DNA of 64,000 nucleotides from an uncultured delta proteobacterium (lineage in GTDB: Bacteria > Myxococcota > Myxococcia > Myxococcales > Myxococcaceae): contig CAVYSY010000026.1 in NCBI GenBank assembly GCA_963771175.1, forward strand, positions 32,001 to 96,000, in the 5' to 3' direction. Position numbers and translations under genes: made by a program. The notes under the pieces are model-generated. The model was not told the origin of the DNA, made no database searches, and saw only the letters and a list, made by a program, of their open reading frames with translations. Below are positions 42,337 through 53,700 of this stretch, in pieces. Every line of letters starts with the position of its first letter. Positions within the stretch are counted from its first letter, which is position 1.

Positions 42337-42552
42337 ATGGCACGCCCATACTCCAACAAGACGTCCCACATGCCGACCCAGCAGGTGCCCGAGTCCTCGG
42401 CGCGCAATGCCGCGACCTCCAACCGCAACGGCCCCACCTACGAGCAGATCGCCAGGCGCGCCTATGCGCTCTTCCTCGCGCGCGGCGGCGGCCACGGCCA
42501 CCACGAGGACGACTGGCATCAGGCCGAGCGCGAGCTGAAGCTCGGGCGATGA
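42337..42552 (+). CDS. DUF2934-like small protein
   Basis: EQIARRAYALFLARGG..G...DDWHQAEREL; RBS GAGGAG. Confidence 0.85.
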   Translation: MARPYSNKTSHMPTQQVPESSARNAATSNRNGPTYEQIARRAYALFLARGGGHGHHEDDWHQAERELKLGR

Positions 42553-42572
42553 GCGGGAAACGGCGGTAGACA

Positions 42573-42606
42573 CGCCCCACGCCCTCTCTCGGAGAGGGTG
42601 GGGGCG
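42573..42606. repeat. REP-like palindrome or bidirectional terminator
   Basis: CGCCCCAC-G-CCCTCTC-TCG-GAGAGGG-TGGGGGCG between convergent genes; related CCTCTCC..GGAGAGG cores near 15596 and 33917. Confidence 0.5.
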
Positions 42607-42625
42607 CTACGCTCAAGCACCGTCC

Positions 42626-45343
42626 TCACTCCGGGCGCGGCGCGTTGCCCGTCCACGCCTCCGCCGCGTCGCGCATCACGGACTCGTCCCCCTCGAGCGA
42701 CACCACCAGGTTGCCAGCGCATAGCGCGAAGTCACGCTGAAGCTCCGCGGGAGTCACGGCGGCGAGGTGCTTCGGAAAATCCTCGACCGAGGACAAGGGC
42801 TGACCCAGTCCGCGTGCGGAGAGCACGGCCTGGGCCAGTTGCGCCGAGGTCCCGAGCGACAGTGCGTGCCGCTGCTGTAACCGCCGACGCGCGGCCTCGA
42901 GCTCCACCGGCTGCCAGTGCCCTTCCGACAGCTCCCCCAGCGTCTGCCGCACGGCGGCGAGTGCCCGCGGAAGCTGGGCGTTCTCCACGGCGCCATGCAC
43001 CTCCAGGTGAGCGGCACCACCCTCGTACACCACGCTTCTCCCGGAGAAACCGTAGCTGGCGCCCAGCGAGGAGCGCACCTGCCGGTAGAGGCGCGTGCTC
43101 GCGAGCTCCGCCATCAAGTCGTAGCGCGCCTCGGCGGCCGCGTCCGCCCCACGCAAGGGGCAGCCCCAGGACACCTGCGTCTGGGTCGCTCCAGGACGGG
43201 CGGTCCTGAGCACCTGGGTCGGACGCGCCGGGCCTGCCTCGAGCGGCGGAGGCGGGCGCACCACACCACCCGAGCCACTCCACCCGGACAACCAGGTGCG
43301 TGCCTGCTTCTCGGCCTCATCGAGGTTCAGCTCGCCCACGATGGCCACCACCGCGTTGGTCGGGCGGTAGGTGCGCGCCACCCACGCCTCGATTTCCCGC
43401 TCTCCCACCGCCTGGAGGTCCGCGGCGAGCGGCATGCGGCCGTAGGGGTGTCGCGGATAGAGGGCCGCGCGAAAGGCGCGAGCGGCCACGTACTCGGGTC
43501 GAGCCTCGGCCTTCTCGATGTACGGGATGATCTGATCCCGGAAGAACCGCACGTACGCGTCGGAGGTCTCCAGGGAGGAGAGCTGCTCGGCCGTCATGGC
43601 GAGCATGTTGGGCAGGTTGCCCGCCGCACCCGAGAACCTGAAGAGGGCATGGTCGGTGAAGACGTAGCTGCTCCGGCGCAGCCCGAAGTCGGACGCACTG
43701 CCCTGGAAAGTGGAGTTGGGGAAGACGAGGGAGTCGGCAAGCTCTCCCACACCGAACGGCTCGCCGCTCGCGGAGCCACCATGCAGCCACACCGCGACCG
43801 TCGCCAGCGGCATGCCGGGCGTAGACCCGAGCACCACCTCCAGCCCGTTCTCCAGCCGGATGGTGCGGAAGCCCACCATCGACGGTGGCGGCGTGAGCGG
43901 CCCCTTGGCCGGGACGTCCTCCTCGACCGACAGCGGGGCCACGCGCCCGGCGGCGGAATCCGCGGCGCCGCCCGTGGTGGGCCACACCATCACCATGCGC
44001 GCGCGCTCGCGCTGCAGGTACTCATAGGCGAAGCGGGTGACGCGGGTACCGTCCGCCTGGGCCACCGCGGCCAGCGAGCGCGTGTAGGCGCGCGGGTCGA
44101 GCGTGAAGTGCGTCAGCTCCGCACGGCGAAGCGCGCGATCCATCAAATCCTCGGCCTCGAGCGCCATGCCCGTGAGGACCGACAATCTCTGGCGCTGCAC
44201 CTGGGACTGGGCGGCGAGGATGTTGCCCGCATGGGTCTGCCCATCCCAGACATGGAAGAGCTGATCGAGCACCCTCTCGGCCGACTTCTTCGGGTGCTCG
44301 CCGCTGCGCAGCGCCACCCGAACCACGAGCAAAGAAGCATGCTTGCCAGGAATGAGCCAGGTGGAGAGACCCACGATGTCCCCATCCTCCCGGAGCGATC
44401 GGTAGAGCTCGCTCGGCAGGGTGCGCTCGACGAAGTCCTGCAGGAAGCTGTCATCGTCATAGCCACGCGGCAGCGTCCAGCTCAGGTAGAGCTCGGGCGT
44501 GGGCACGGCGGCCTTGCGCTCGATGAACTCCACGCGAGGGTTGAGGGGTACGGGGGGAGGCGCATCCGGCAGGCGCTTGTCCAGGGCGAGCGGCATGAGC
44601 CCGCTGCCCAGCAGCCGCGCCGGTACGTGTTGCGCGATGAGCTGGTCCACCGTGGTCGGGTCCACATCGCCGATGATGACGAGGGTGGTGTTCTCGGGAC
44701 GGTAGTGGTTGCGCACGAAGGACTGCGCATCGGCCAGGGTGAGCGCCGAGAGGCTCTCGTGCCCGCCAATGATGGGACGGGAATAGGGGTGGTCCTCGGG
44801 GAAGGAGGCCTGCTGGACGAAGGAGAGGACCTGTCCCACGAAGCCCGTCTCGTTGCGCTGGCGCAGCTCGTTGCGCACCACCTCGCGCTCGACGTCGAAG
44901 ATCTCGGGCGTCACGCCCTGGAGCGGGACCGCGAGGCGCTCCCCTTCGATGCGCAACAACTCGGCGAGCGACTCGCGCGGCGCCATCTCGTGGTACACGG
45001 TGGCGTCGAACGCGGTGTAGGCGTTGAGCCGCCCCGCTCCGGCAGCCTCGAGCTGGCCCCAGCGACTGGGGCGCTCGGCGGAGCGGGCGCGGAAGGTGAG
45101 GTGCTCCACCAGGTGCGCCAGGCCCTCCTTGCCCTTGGGATCGCTCGCGCCGCCGCTGCCCACCAGGGAAACAACAGCGACCACCGGCCGCCGGTCATCC
45201 TGCTCCACGAGGACGCGCAGGCCCGAGGCGTAGCGCAGATCCCTCACGGGGAACTGCACGTCGCGCATGGCGAGCCGGCCACGGGGCGGGAGCGTGGCAC
45301 ACGAGGCCAATGACAGAAGCAGCAGGGCAATAACGGGACGCAT
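42626..45343 (-). CDS. M16-family (pitrilysin/PqqL-like) zinc peptidase lipoprotein
   Basis: Lipobox LASC; GLAHLVEHLTF (HxxEH), NAYT.FD.TVY, EREVVRNEL; second M16 half lacks the metal motif. Confidence 0.9.
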   Translation of the reverse strand: MRPVIALLLLSLASCATLPPRGRLAMRDVQFPVRDLRYASGLRVLVEQDDRRPVVAVVSLVGSGGASDPKGKEGLAHLVEHLTFRARSAERPSRWGQLEAAGAGRLNAYTAFDATVYHEMAPRESLAELLRIEGERLAVPLQGVTPEIFDVEREVVRNELRQRNETGFVGQVLSFVQQASFPEDHPYSRPIIGGHESLSALTLADAQSFVRNHYRPENTTLVIIGDVDPTTVDQLIAQHVPARLLGSGLMPLALDKRLPDAPPPVPLNPRVEFIERKAAVPTPELYLSWTLPRGYDDDSFLQDFVERTLPSELYRSLREDGDIVGLSTWLIPGKHASLLVVRVALRSGEHPKKSAERVLDQLFHVWDGQTHAGNILAAQSQVQRQRLSVLTGMALEAEDLMDRALRRAELTHFTLDPRAYTRSLAAVAQADGTRVTRFAYEYLQRERARMVMVWPTTGGAADSAAGRVAPLSVEEDVPAKGPLTPPPSMVGFRTIRLENGLEVVLGSTPGMPLATVAVWLHGGSASGEPFGVGELADSLVFPNSTFQGSASDFGLRRSSYVFTDHALFRFSGAAGNLPNMLAMTAEQLSSLETSDAYVRFFRDQIIPYIEKAEARPEYVAARAFRAALYPRHPYGRMPLAADLQAVGEREIEAWVARTYRPTNAVVAIVGELNLDEAEKQARTWLSGWSGSGGVVRPPPPLEAGPARPTQVLRTARPGATQTQVSWGCPLRGADAAAEARYDLMAELASTRLYRQVRSSLGASYGFSGRSVVYEGGAAHLEVHGAVENAQLPRALAAVRQTLGELSEGHWQPVELEAARRRLQQRHALSLGTSAQLAQAVLSARGLGQPLSSVEDFPKHLAAVTPAELQRDFALCAGNLVVSLEGDESVMRDAAEAWTGNAPRPE

Positions 45344-45506
45344 CGACCCCCCTCCAGGAATGAGCCGGCGCGCTTCTACCATGAAGCACGGAGCGTCCTG
45401 GCCGAAACTCCCCGCCAGGACGAGCGCGACTGGCGGGGAGTTTCATCCTGGTAACGTTCAACGCCCCCAGGGGCTACGGCACGGGAGCTGCTCGTGCTCT
45501 CGCGGC

Positions 45507-46496
45507 TCAGCGAGCGAAGACGAAGAAGCCCTGCTGGTGCGCGAGCAGCAGGAAGTCTCCGGACAGCTCGATGTCGTAGGTCACCGACGTGGCATAGCGC
45601 TTCACCGGTACCTCGTAGTTCCCGCGCACCGGCGCATCCGGCGTGCTCAGGTCATAGTCGTACAGCACCCCGTTGTTGGAGGGCACGATGAGCTGTGAGC
45701 CATTGAGCAGGATGCCATTGGCCTCGAGGCCCGAGCCCTGGCCGGGTGACACGACGCGCGGCACCCGCGGGTCCGACACGTCGATGACGGCGATGTCTCC
45801 CATGTCGCCGACCGAGCCGTACAGCCACCGGCCGTCGTACAACGCCAGATCGCTCATCATCGGCACCTTCACGCTCCCGAGCGACGACAGGCCGTTGTCC
45901 AGCGAGACGATGGTCAACCCGCCGGCACCGCCCGCGTACAGCCGGCCTCCCTCCAGGAGGATGGACTTCGCGTGTGTCGGCGTGACTGTCTCGGGGACAC
46001 CCGGAGCCAGCGGGTCCGACACGTCCATGCGGCGCACGCCCGTGTCATGGTTGGCGAAGTAGAGCCAGTTCCCGTCGAAGACGAGCTGCCCCACCCCGGT
46101 GCTGCCCACCTGGACCGCGGAGATCTGCCGGGGGGTCTCCCCTGGCTCGTACGCGAAGAACACCACCCGGGAGCCATGGCCCAGCGCCACGAGCCCCTTC
46201 TTCACGGCGATGTTGTTGCTGCCCTGTGGCGACTGGGGCTCGACGCGCGCGCTCGTCACGAACTCCGCGTCATGGCCGTCATTGAGGCGGTACACCTGGA
46301 AGCCGTAGCTGTCGCGCACGAAGGCCTCGCCGTCGAGCACCTCGACGTCGAAGGCCGCGCCCGTGGGCGAGCTCGAGGTCTTGAACGACTCGAGCTCCTC
46401 GATGGTCGACAGGTCGATGGGCGAAGGTCCGGCCAGTCCGCACCCGGCGAGCAGCGCCACGAGCCACAGCCCACCGCGAATCCTCGAGGCGCTCAT
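45507..46496 (-). CDS. LVIVD-repeat-like beta-propeller lipoprotein
   Basis: Lipobox LAGC; MDVSDPLAP, IDVSDPRVP, YDLSTPDAP repeats. Confidence 0.75.
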   Translation of the reverse strand: MSASRIRGGLWLVALLAGCGLAGPSPIDLSTIEELESFKTSSSPTGAAFDVEVLDGEAFVRDSYGFQVYRLNDGHDAEFVTSARVEPQSPQGSNNIAVKKGLVALGHGSRVVFFAYEPGETPRQISAVQVGSTGVGQLVFDGNWLYFANHDTGVRRMDVSDPLAPGVPETVTPTHAKSILLEGGRLYAGGAGGLTIVSLDNGLSSLGSVKVPMMSDLALYDGRWLYGSVGDMGDIAVIDVSDPRVPRVVSPGQGSGLEANGILLNGSQLIVPSNNGVLYDYDLSTPDAPVRGNYEVPVKRYATSVTYDIELSGDFLLLAHQQGFFVFAR

Positions 46497-47626
46497 GGCT
46501 GCTCACCACACATGGAGCACTCCAGCGACTCGGGCACCAGCTTCCACAGGCCCGTGGCGCTGTCGCTGCTGTCCCACATCCAGATGCCGTCCTTGCTGTC
46601 CATCTGCAGGTGCAGCACGCGCGGCAGGCCGGTCGCCACCGTCACCCACTCTTTCTGCGCGGCACCCTTCAGGTGGGCGAGCACGTGACACTCACCGCCA
46701 ACCTGCTCCGTGCGCATCACCACGTAGGCGTTGCCCTCGCTGTCGACGACCATCCCCTGCGGCCCACCGAAGTACTCCTGCTCGTTGATGGGCATGCGGA
46801 GCACCGCGCGCTTCGTCAGCCTGGTGTCGCCCGGCCGGAACGAGTACAGCTCCGCCTCGTCGTTCGCCATCGCGAGCGTCAGCGTCCCATCCCCGCCGAG
46901 CCGGATTCCACCGACGACGAGGCGCGAGCTCACGCCGCAGGAGCCCAGCTCACGCGTGTTGCAATCGAACAGCTTCGTCGCGCTCGACAGGTCCCCCGCG
47001 AGCTCGAACACCCGCGAGCCGTTCGTGGCGTAGATCTTCCCGTTGGGATGCCGGACGGCGCTCGCGGGCGCATTCGCCGTGCCCGTGCTCGGATCGGTGC
47101 CGGCAATCTCCTCCCACACCGACGCTCCCGGCGCGAGGCGCAGCAGCTTCGAGAACGCGTAGAAGTTCCTCGATGCTCCGAGCACCGTGCCGTTCTCCGC
47201 CACCAACAAGGGCAAGATCGGCGTGCCGTCCGCGAGCCCGGGCAACTGCGTGACGCCCTGGTCGGTGATAGCGAGGTACACGGAACGGTTATCGCCGCCG
47301 TAGCCGAGACCGATGAGGCCCACGCCCTCTACGAAGCCGAGGAGGTCCGTCGGCAGGACGGAGTCTTCGCGCCTCACCCAGACCTGGGTGTCCTCCTCGA
47401 GCGAGCCCTTGAGCTCCCACAAACCACCCTTTGACATGAGCACGAAGGGGCGCCCCTCGGGCGACACGATGAACGAGCCCAGGGACCTGCCACTCGGTGG
47501 GAAGCCGAGGTTCACCGCCTTGAGCGAGCCCGGGTCGATTCCACCGCACCCGGTGCTCGCCACCGCGAGGACAGCCACGAGCAGAGAAGAGAGCTTCGAA
47601 GATGAGAGATTCAAACCGCACTCCAC
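46493..47626 (-). CDS. Putative beta-propeller lipoprotein (start uncertain)
   Basis: Lipobox-like STGC; beta-rich repeats (PNGKIY, DSEGNAYV, DSKDGIW); 4-nt overlap with the next gene. Confidence 0.65.
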   Translation of the reverse strand: MECGLNLSSSKLSSLLVAVLAVASTGCGGIDPGSLKAVNLGFPPSGRSLGSFIVSPEGRPFVLMSKGGLWELKGSLEEDTQVWVRREDSVLPTDLLGFVEGVGLIGLGYGGDNRSVYLAITDQGVTQLPGLADGTPILPLLVAENGTVLGASRNFYAFSKLLRLAPGASVWEEIAGTDPSTGTANAPASAVRHPNGKIYATNGSRVFELAGDLSSATKLFDCNTRELGSCGVSSRLVVGGIRLGGDGTLTLAMANDEAELYSFRPGDTRLTKRAVLRMPINEQEYFGGPQGMVVDSEGNAYVVMRTEQVGGECHVLAHLKGAAQKEWVTVATGLPRVLHLQMDSKDGIWMWDSSDSATGLWKLVPESLECSMCGEQP

Positions 47627-47759
47627 GTACCTGCCGTGAAGCTCCAGGAGGATTGAGCTGGAGCCCAGGCAGCACTCGGAGCGAAGTTTTACAGCGGAAG
47701 TGTTTCACCGCCAAGACACCACACGGGTGCAACCCGGGGGAGAGGGTCGTCCCCCGCGC

Positions 47760-48851
47760 TCAGCTCGCGAAGGGCGGCCGGAGCGAAGGAAGCTCGGCCA
47801 CCAACGCCTCGCGGAGACCGCGCTGAGCCACCTTGAGCTGCGCGAGGACGCGCTCGGCATCCACCACCGTGCGCATGGCCAGGCCGCATGCCGGCGTCAG
47901 CAGCACCTGGGAGCCCACGTGTGGGAAGGAGTGCCCCGGGGGCAGCGCCGCCTTGAGCGACACCTCCACCGCGTCCACCAGTTCCCCCACGTCGTACGAG
48001 GAGGCCAGGTCCGTGGGGATGATGCCCAGGCTCAGCGTCGCCCCCGAGTCCAGGAAGCGCGAGAACGCACCCGACTCCTCCAGCACCGCGTCCAGCGACA
48101 GCCGCACGTCCAGCGACAGCACGTCCAGCCCCAAGTCCAGCAGGCTCGCCCAGTTCGTGTTGCCGCAGCAGTGCACGCCCACCAGCGCGCCCTCGCGCTG
48201 CAGCGCCACCACCAGCAGCCGCAGCTCCTGCATGGCCAGCAGGTGCCTCGGGTTGGCACGCTCGAAGGCGAACAGGCCCGGCTCGTCCAGGAAGAAGAGG
48301 GGCGTCGTCCCCGCCCGGCGCAGCGCCTTCACCATCGCCAGCGTCCGCGCCAGCACCAGCCGGAAGATGGCCTCGTCCAGCCCCGGCACGTCCAGCGTCG
48401 CGCGCCCGTCCGTCGTGCGCGCCACCGAGCGCACCGTGAAGGGGCCCGCGAGCTGCGCCTTGGCGAAGGCCAGCTTCCGGTGCTCCACCTCCCAGAGGAA
48501 CGGCCGCCATGCCCGGCAGGCCTCCAGCGAGGGCTCGAAGGACTCCAGCGCTCCCGAGGACAGCGCCGTCTCCAGCCGTGCCAGGAAGTCCGCGCGCCCC
48601 GCCTCCCACGCCTCCAGGTCCACCGTGCACATGCCCTCGTCGTCGAACCGCAGGCCCGGCAACCCGTCGAGCGCCTGCGGAATCATGAACTCCGAGGGAC
48701 GTCCCACCGGAAGCTGCGGCAGGAAAGGGATGTCCAGCGCGAGCGCGGCCTGGAGGCCCATCTCGAGCTGGGTGTGCGGAAGGCTCCCGATGCCCGTGGT
48801 GGCACAGGTGGGCAGGAGCTGGATGGCTCGGCGGATGTTCGACGCGCTCAT
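47760..48851 (-). CDS. Core (single-barrel) MetE-like methionine synthase, MesB-like
   Basis: TTGIGSLPH, IPFLPQLP, KAQLAGPFT, FLDEP, Zn ligands VHCCG and LTPACGL; no N-terminal folate-binding barrel. Confidence 0.75.
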   Translation of the reverse strand: MSASNIRRAIQLLPTCATTGIGSLPHTQLEMGLQAALALDIPFLPQLPVGRPSEFMIPQALDGLPGLRFDDEGMCTVDLEAWEAGRADFLARLETALSSGALESFEPSLEACRAWRPFLWEVEHRKLAFAKAQLAGPFTVRSVARTTDGRATLDVPGLDEAIFRLVLARTLAMVKALRRAGTTPLFFLDEPGLFAFERANPRHLLAMQELRLLVVALQREGALVGVHCCGNTNWASLLDLGLDVLSLDVRLSLDAVLEESGAFSRFLDSGATLSLGIIPTDLASSYDVGELVDAVEVSLKAALPPGHSFPHVGSQVLLTPACGLAMRTVVDAERVLAQLKVAQRGLREALVAELPSLRPPFAS

Positions 48852-48860
48852 GACGCCACT

Positions 48861-49772
48861 CTAACCCACGGCCCGGGCCACATGCTCCGACGCAGTGCGT
48901 CCCGCTCCGTCGAGCCAGCGTTCGACCGTGGCGACGAACTCGTCCGGAATCTCCATCATCGGCGTGTGGCCGACACCGGCGTACTCGACATACGTCCAGT
49001 CCGGACGCACCCGGGCCAGCTCGCGGGAGTTGGTCACCGGCACCAGCCGGTCCTCGGTGCCCTGGACGAGCAGCGTGGGCACCCGAATCCCCAGCTCCAT
49101 CGCGCGGAACCGCTTCTTGCGAAGCAGCGTGAACACCAGCGAGCGCGCCGCCTCGACCAAGGCATCGTTGCTCCAGGGCATCCGCTCGTGCCGCTCGCGG
49201 GAGAACTCCACGTGTGCCCGCACCAGGTCCTCCGGGAAACGGCTCAAGTCGCGGCAGCAGAGCTGGAGCATCCCCCGCGTCAGCTTCTCGGGCCCGAACC
49301 GGGCCATGCGCCGCTTCATGTAGAGCTCGCCCACGCCTGGAACCGTGTAGAGGGCGAACTGCGTGAGGACGGCCCGCTCCAGCCGGGTGCCAGCGGCCTG
49401 AGGCTGCGCCGGGTTCACCAACACCAGCCCGGAGACCCGCTGGGGCTGACGCGCCGTCTGCAGCACCGAGATGGCCCCGCCCATGGAGTTGCCCACCAGG
49501 ATGACGGGCTCGTTGGGGGACATCGCCTGGAGGAAGCGGTCCAGCAGCGTCTGGTTGGCGTGGACGCTCGCCGAGCGCCCCGCGAGTGGCGTCAGGCCGA
49601 AGCCCGTCAGGTCCAGGGCCAGCACCCGCGCGCGCCGGGCCAGCTTCTCCCCCACCCACATCCAGTTGAGGTGCGAGCCACCCAGCCCGTGCACGAGCAC
49701 CATCGTCGGCCCGGAGCCGCCGAAGTCCATGTAATGAACGGGTCCACCCAGGTCGACCGTGCGCGTGAGCAT
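48861..49772 (-). CDS. Alpha/beta hydrolase
   Basis: VHGLGG, GNSMGG nucleophile elbow, G.EDRLV, GVGHTP. Confidence 0.9.
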   Translation of the reverse strand: MLTRTVDLGGPVHYMDFGGSGPTMVLVHGLGGSHLNWMWVGEKLARRARVLALDLTGFGLTPLAGRSASVHANQTLLDRFLQAMSPNEPVILVGNSMGGAISVLQTARQPQRVSGLVLVNPAQPQAAGTRLERAVLTQFALYTVPGVGELYMKRRMARFGPEKLTRGMLQLCCRDLSRFPEDLVRAHVEFSRERHERMPWSNDALVEAARSLVFTLLRKKRFRAMELGIRVPTLLVQGTEDRLVPVTNSRELARVRPDWTYVEYAGVGHTPMMEIPDEFVATVERWLDGAGRTASEHVARAVG

Positions 49773-49830
49773 GGCCCCTTGCCTATCACGTCCCGAGAGG
49801 GCCGCCTCGCTGTGATGAAAGTCGGGTAGC

Positions 49831-50694
49831 TTGGCGCGCACGCATGCTGAAGCTCCCCCCCTGCCCTCCTCCCTCTCCGCCTGGCGCGAGCGCATCGAAT
49901 CCGTCGTCGCGCCCGCCATCCTCTTCACGACCCGTGACGAGGACGACCCCGCCATCCCTGGATGCCGCTACGGAGGGCACCCGCTCGTGCCACCGGGCAC
50001 GGAGTGGCCCCGCTCTCCGAGTGGACTCCTCGCCTTCGTGGGCCAGCTCGATTTCGCCGAGCTGGCCGCGAGCCGGGGCGAGGCCCTGCCGAACCTGCCT
50101 CGCGACGGCGTCCTCGCCCTCTTCTACGACGTGCAGGAGCAGCGCTGGGGCTTCGACCCCAAGGACAGCGCCTTCTGGAAGCTCGTCTGGACGCCGCACA
50201 GTGAGGACGCGGTGCCGCTCGCGCCACCGAAGGAGCTGGAGGACGCGGGCCTCGCCTTCGACCTGCCCCTGAAGCTGACGCCCCGGCTCGGCCTGTCGCT
50301 GCCGGACATCTGGGACGGCCGCACGCCCCTGCCCGCTGACGGGTGGGGCGAGGCGCAGTCGGACGACTACGCGGTGCTGCGCGAGCGGCTCACCGGAGGC
50401 GAGCACGCGCACCAGGTGGGCGGCCATCCCTGGTGGGTACAGAGCGACGCGCGCCTGGAGGCGCAGCTCGTCACGCACGGGCTCTACTGTGGTGACTCGC
50501 GGGGCTACGACTCCCCCCAGGCCCGGAAGCTGGAGTCCGGCGCCGCCGACTGGAGCCTGCTGTGGCAGATCGGCTCGGACGACCAGACCGGCTTCATGTG
50601 GGGCGACAACGGCAACCTCTACCTCCTCATCCGCGACCAGGACCTGCGCGCCCGCCGCTTCGACAAGGCGTGGCTCGGCCTGCAGTGCGGATGA
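49831..50694 (+). CDS. YwqG/DUF1963-family protein
   Basis: YGGHP, FVGQLD, GVLALFY, HQVGGHPWWVQ, LLWQIGSD...MWGD.G.LY..I...DL...RF. Confidence 0.85.
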   Translation: MARTHAEAPPLPSSLSAWRERIESVVAPAILFTTRDEDDPAIPGCRYGGHPLVPPGTEWPRSPSGLLAFVGQLDFAELAASRGEALPNLPRDGVLALFYDVQEQRWGFDPKDSAFWKLVWTPHSEDAVPLAPPKELEDAGLAFDLPLKLTPRLGLSLPDIWDGRTPLPADGWGEAQSDDYAVLRERLTGGEHAHQVGGHPWWVQSDARLEAQLVTHGLYCGDSRGYDSPQARKLESGAADWSLLWQIGSDDQTGFMWGDNGNLYLLIRDQDLRARRFDKAWLGLQCG

Positions 50695-50709
50695 GGAGAC
50701 GCGGGGCCG

Positions 50710-53700
50710 CTACGTCACCGCGAAGTAGTGCGCCTGCGGGTGGTGGAAGACGAGCGCGGAGACGCTGGCCTCCGGCTCCATCATGCACCCGTCCGTGAGC
50801 TGCACGCCGATGTCCTCCGGCCGCAGCGCCTGGAACAGCAGCGTCTGGTCCTCCAGGCGCGGACAGGCCGGGTAGCCGAACGAGTAGCGCTTGCCCTGGT
50901 ACTCCGCCCGGAAGCGCTCCAGCATCGTCATGTCCGGCTTGTCCGGGAAGCCCCACATGCTGCGCAGCTGCGTGTGCAGCATCTCGGCGTAGGCCTCGGC
51001 CGTCTCCAGCGCGAGCGCCTGCACCGCGTGCATCTTCAGGAACTCGCCCTTCGCCTTGTACTCCTCGCTCAGCTCGCGGATGCCCTGCCCCGCCGTGACC
51101 ACGAACATGGCCACGTTGTCCCGCGGCTCGCCGTTCTCCAGCGGCTTCACGAAGTCCGCGAGGCACAGCCCGCCCGGCTTGTCCTGACGCGGCAACTCGA
51201 ACGCCACGCCCGGCCGGCCCGTCTCGCCGTCGAAGAGGTGGAGGCGGTTGCCGTCGCTGCCCGCCTTGAAGAACTGGAACACGGCCTTGGCCTGCATGCG
51301 CCCGCCGCGCAGTGAGCCCTTGATGGACTCCACCTGCTCCTTCAGCGCGAGCGCCTTGCGGCCCTCCTCCGTCTTCGCCAGCTCCGCCTCGGCCGGCGTG
51401 CCCAGCGCGCGCGCAGGCCGTGCGCAGGCCCAGGTGCCGCCCGTACAGCATCACCGGGTTGATGAAGCGCCAGATGGTGTCCAGCGGCGTGTTCGTCAGC
51501 ACGTGCCGCTCGTAGTCCGGCGCCGGCGGCACCTGCTCCAGGATGGAGACCTCCTTGCTGCGCGCCGCCGACACCGGGGCGCACGCCTTGGGCCGGTCCT
51601 TGTCCTGCTGCGACAGCTTCGCGCGGCGCTCGGCCAGCTCGCCCTTGAGCTTCTCGTGCCCCGCCGGGTCGACGATCTGCTTGGCCAGCTCCAGGCCGCT
51701 CATCGCGTCCTGCGCGTACGCCACCGTGCCCTCCGTAGGCCGGGGCGATGTTGCCGGTCCACGAAGTTGCGGCTCAGCGCGGCGCCGCCCACCAGGATGG
51801 GCACGTCCACGCCCGGCGCGCTGCAGGTCCTCCGCCGTGGCCACCATCTGGTGCGCGCTCTTCACCAGCAGGCCGCGAGAGCCCGAGGATGTCCGGCTTG
51901 TGCTCGCGCACCGCCTGCACGAGCTGCTCGGGCGGCACCTTGATGCCCAGGTTCACCACGTCGAAGCCGTTGTTGGCGAGGATGATCTCCACCAGGTTCT
52001 TGCCGATGTCGTGCACGTCGCCCTTCACCGTGGCGAGCACCATCTTGCCGCGCGCGGCCGCCTGGGCCTTGCTCATCTGCGGCTCCAGGTAGCTCACCGC
52101 CGCCTTCATCGCCTCGGCGCTCTGGAGCACCTCGGCCACGATGAGCTCGTTGGCCCCGAAGAGCCGGCCCACCTCGTCCATGCCCTTCATCAGCGGGCCG
52201 TTGATGATGTCGAGCGGCGCGTACTTCTTCATCGCCAGCGTCCAGGTCCGCGATGGAGGCCGTCGCGGCTGCCCTCGATGATGTAGCGCTGCAGCCGCTC
52301 CTCCAGCGGGCAGCGTGCTCACGTCCGCCTTCTTCGGCTTGCGCTCGCGGAAGTGCGCGGCGAAGGGCGTCACCGGATCCGCGCCCCGGTTGTAGAGCAG
52401 GTCCTCGGTGAGCTGGCGCTCCTCGGGAGGCAGCGACGGGTAGCGCTCGAGCTTCTCCGAGTTGACGAGCGCCATGTCCAGGCCCGCCTGGACGCAGTGG
52501 TAGAGGAAGACGCGAGTTGAGCACCTCGCGGCCCGCGGTGGGCAGGCCGAAGGACACGTTGGAGATGCCCAGCACCGTCTTGCACTGCGGGAAGCGCTGC
52601 TTGATGAGGCGCACGCCCTCGATGGTCTCCACCGCGCTGCCCGTGTACTGCGCGTCGCCCGAGGCGCACGGGAAGACGAGCGGATCGAAGTACAGGTCCT
52701 CCGCCTTCATCCCGTACTTGCCGGTGAGCAGCTCGAAGGAGCGCTCGGCCACCTCGAGCTTGCGCTGGCGGGTGACCGCCATGCCCTTCTCGTCGATGCA
52801 GCCCACCACCAGCGCCGCGCCGAACTCGGCGCGCCAGCGGGACCACCTTCTCGAAGCGCTCCTCGCCGTCCTCCAGGTTCACCGAGTTGATGATGGCCTT
52901 GCCCTGGCAGTAGGTGAGCGCCATCGCGATGACGCGCTCGTCCGTGGAGTCGATCATCAGCGGCACGCGCACCTTCTTGACGACCACCTCCAGGAAGCGG
53001 CGCATGTCCTCGAGCTCGTCGCGGTCCGGGTTCGCCAGGCAGATGTCGATGACCTGCGCGCCGCGCTTCACCTGGGCGCGGGCGATCTCCGACGCGTCCT
53101 CGAGCTGCCCCGCGACGATGAGCTCCTTGAACTTCTTGCTGCCGATGACGTTGGTGCGCTCGCCGACGATGACGGGGCGCACCTCCTCGCGCACCTCCAG
53201 GAAGTCCACGCCGGAGAGCGTGGAGCGCGGCGGCGGCACCTCGCGGCGCGGCACGAGGCCCTTCACCGCCTCGGCGAGGGCGCGCGACGTGGCCCGGCGT
53301 GCGTGCCGCAACAGCCGCCCACCACGTTGAGCCAGCCCTGCTCACAGAAGCGGCGCAGCGAGCGCGCCAGCATCTCGGGCGACTCGAGGTAGTGCCCGTT
53401 CTCGTCCGGCAGGCCCGCGTTGGGCACGCAGCGACACCGCGAAGGGGCTGCATGGCCGCCAGCGAGCGGATGTGGTCCGTCATGAACTCGGGGCCGGTGG
53501 CGCAGTTGAGGCCCAGGTAGAGCAGCTCCACGTGCTCCAGCGAGGTCGCCAGCGCCTCCACCGACTGGCCCGCGAGCATGGTGCCCATGGGCTCGATGGT
53601 GCCGGACACCGCCACCGGCAGCTTCGCACCCCAGCTTGCGGAAGGCCCGCTCGATCCCCAGCAGCGCCGCCTTCACGTTGCGCGTGTCCTGGCAGGTCTC

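Noticed and set aside
15611..45313. Long antisense ORFs (e.g. 15611-17518 +, 26118-28361 +, 28258-30777 +, 42917-45313 +)
   Set aside because: Shadow frames of real genes caused by high GC3; no recognisable motifs.
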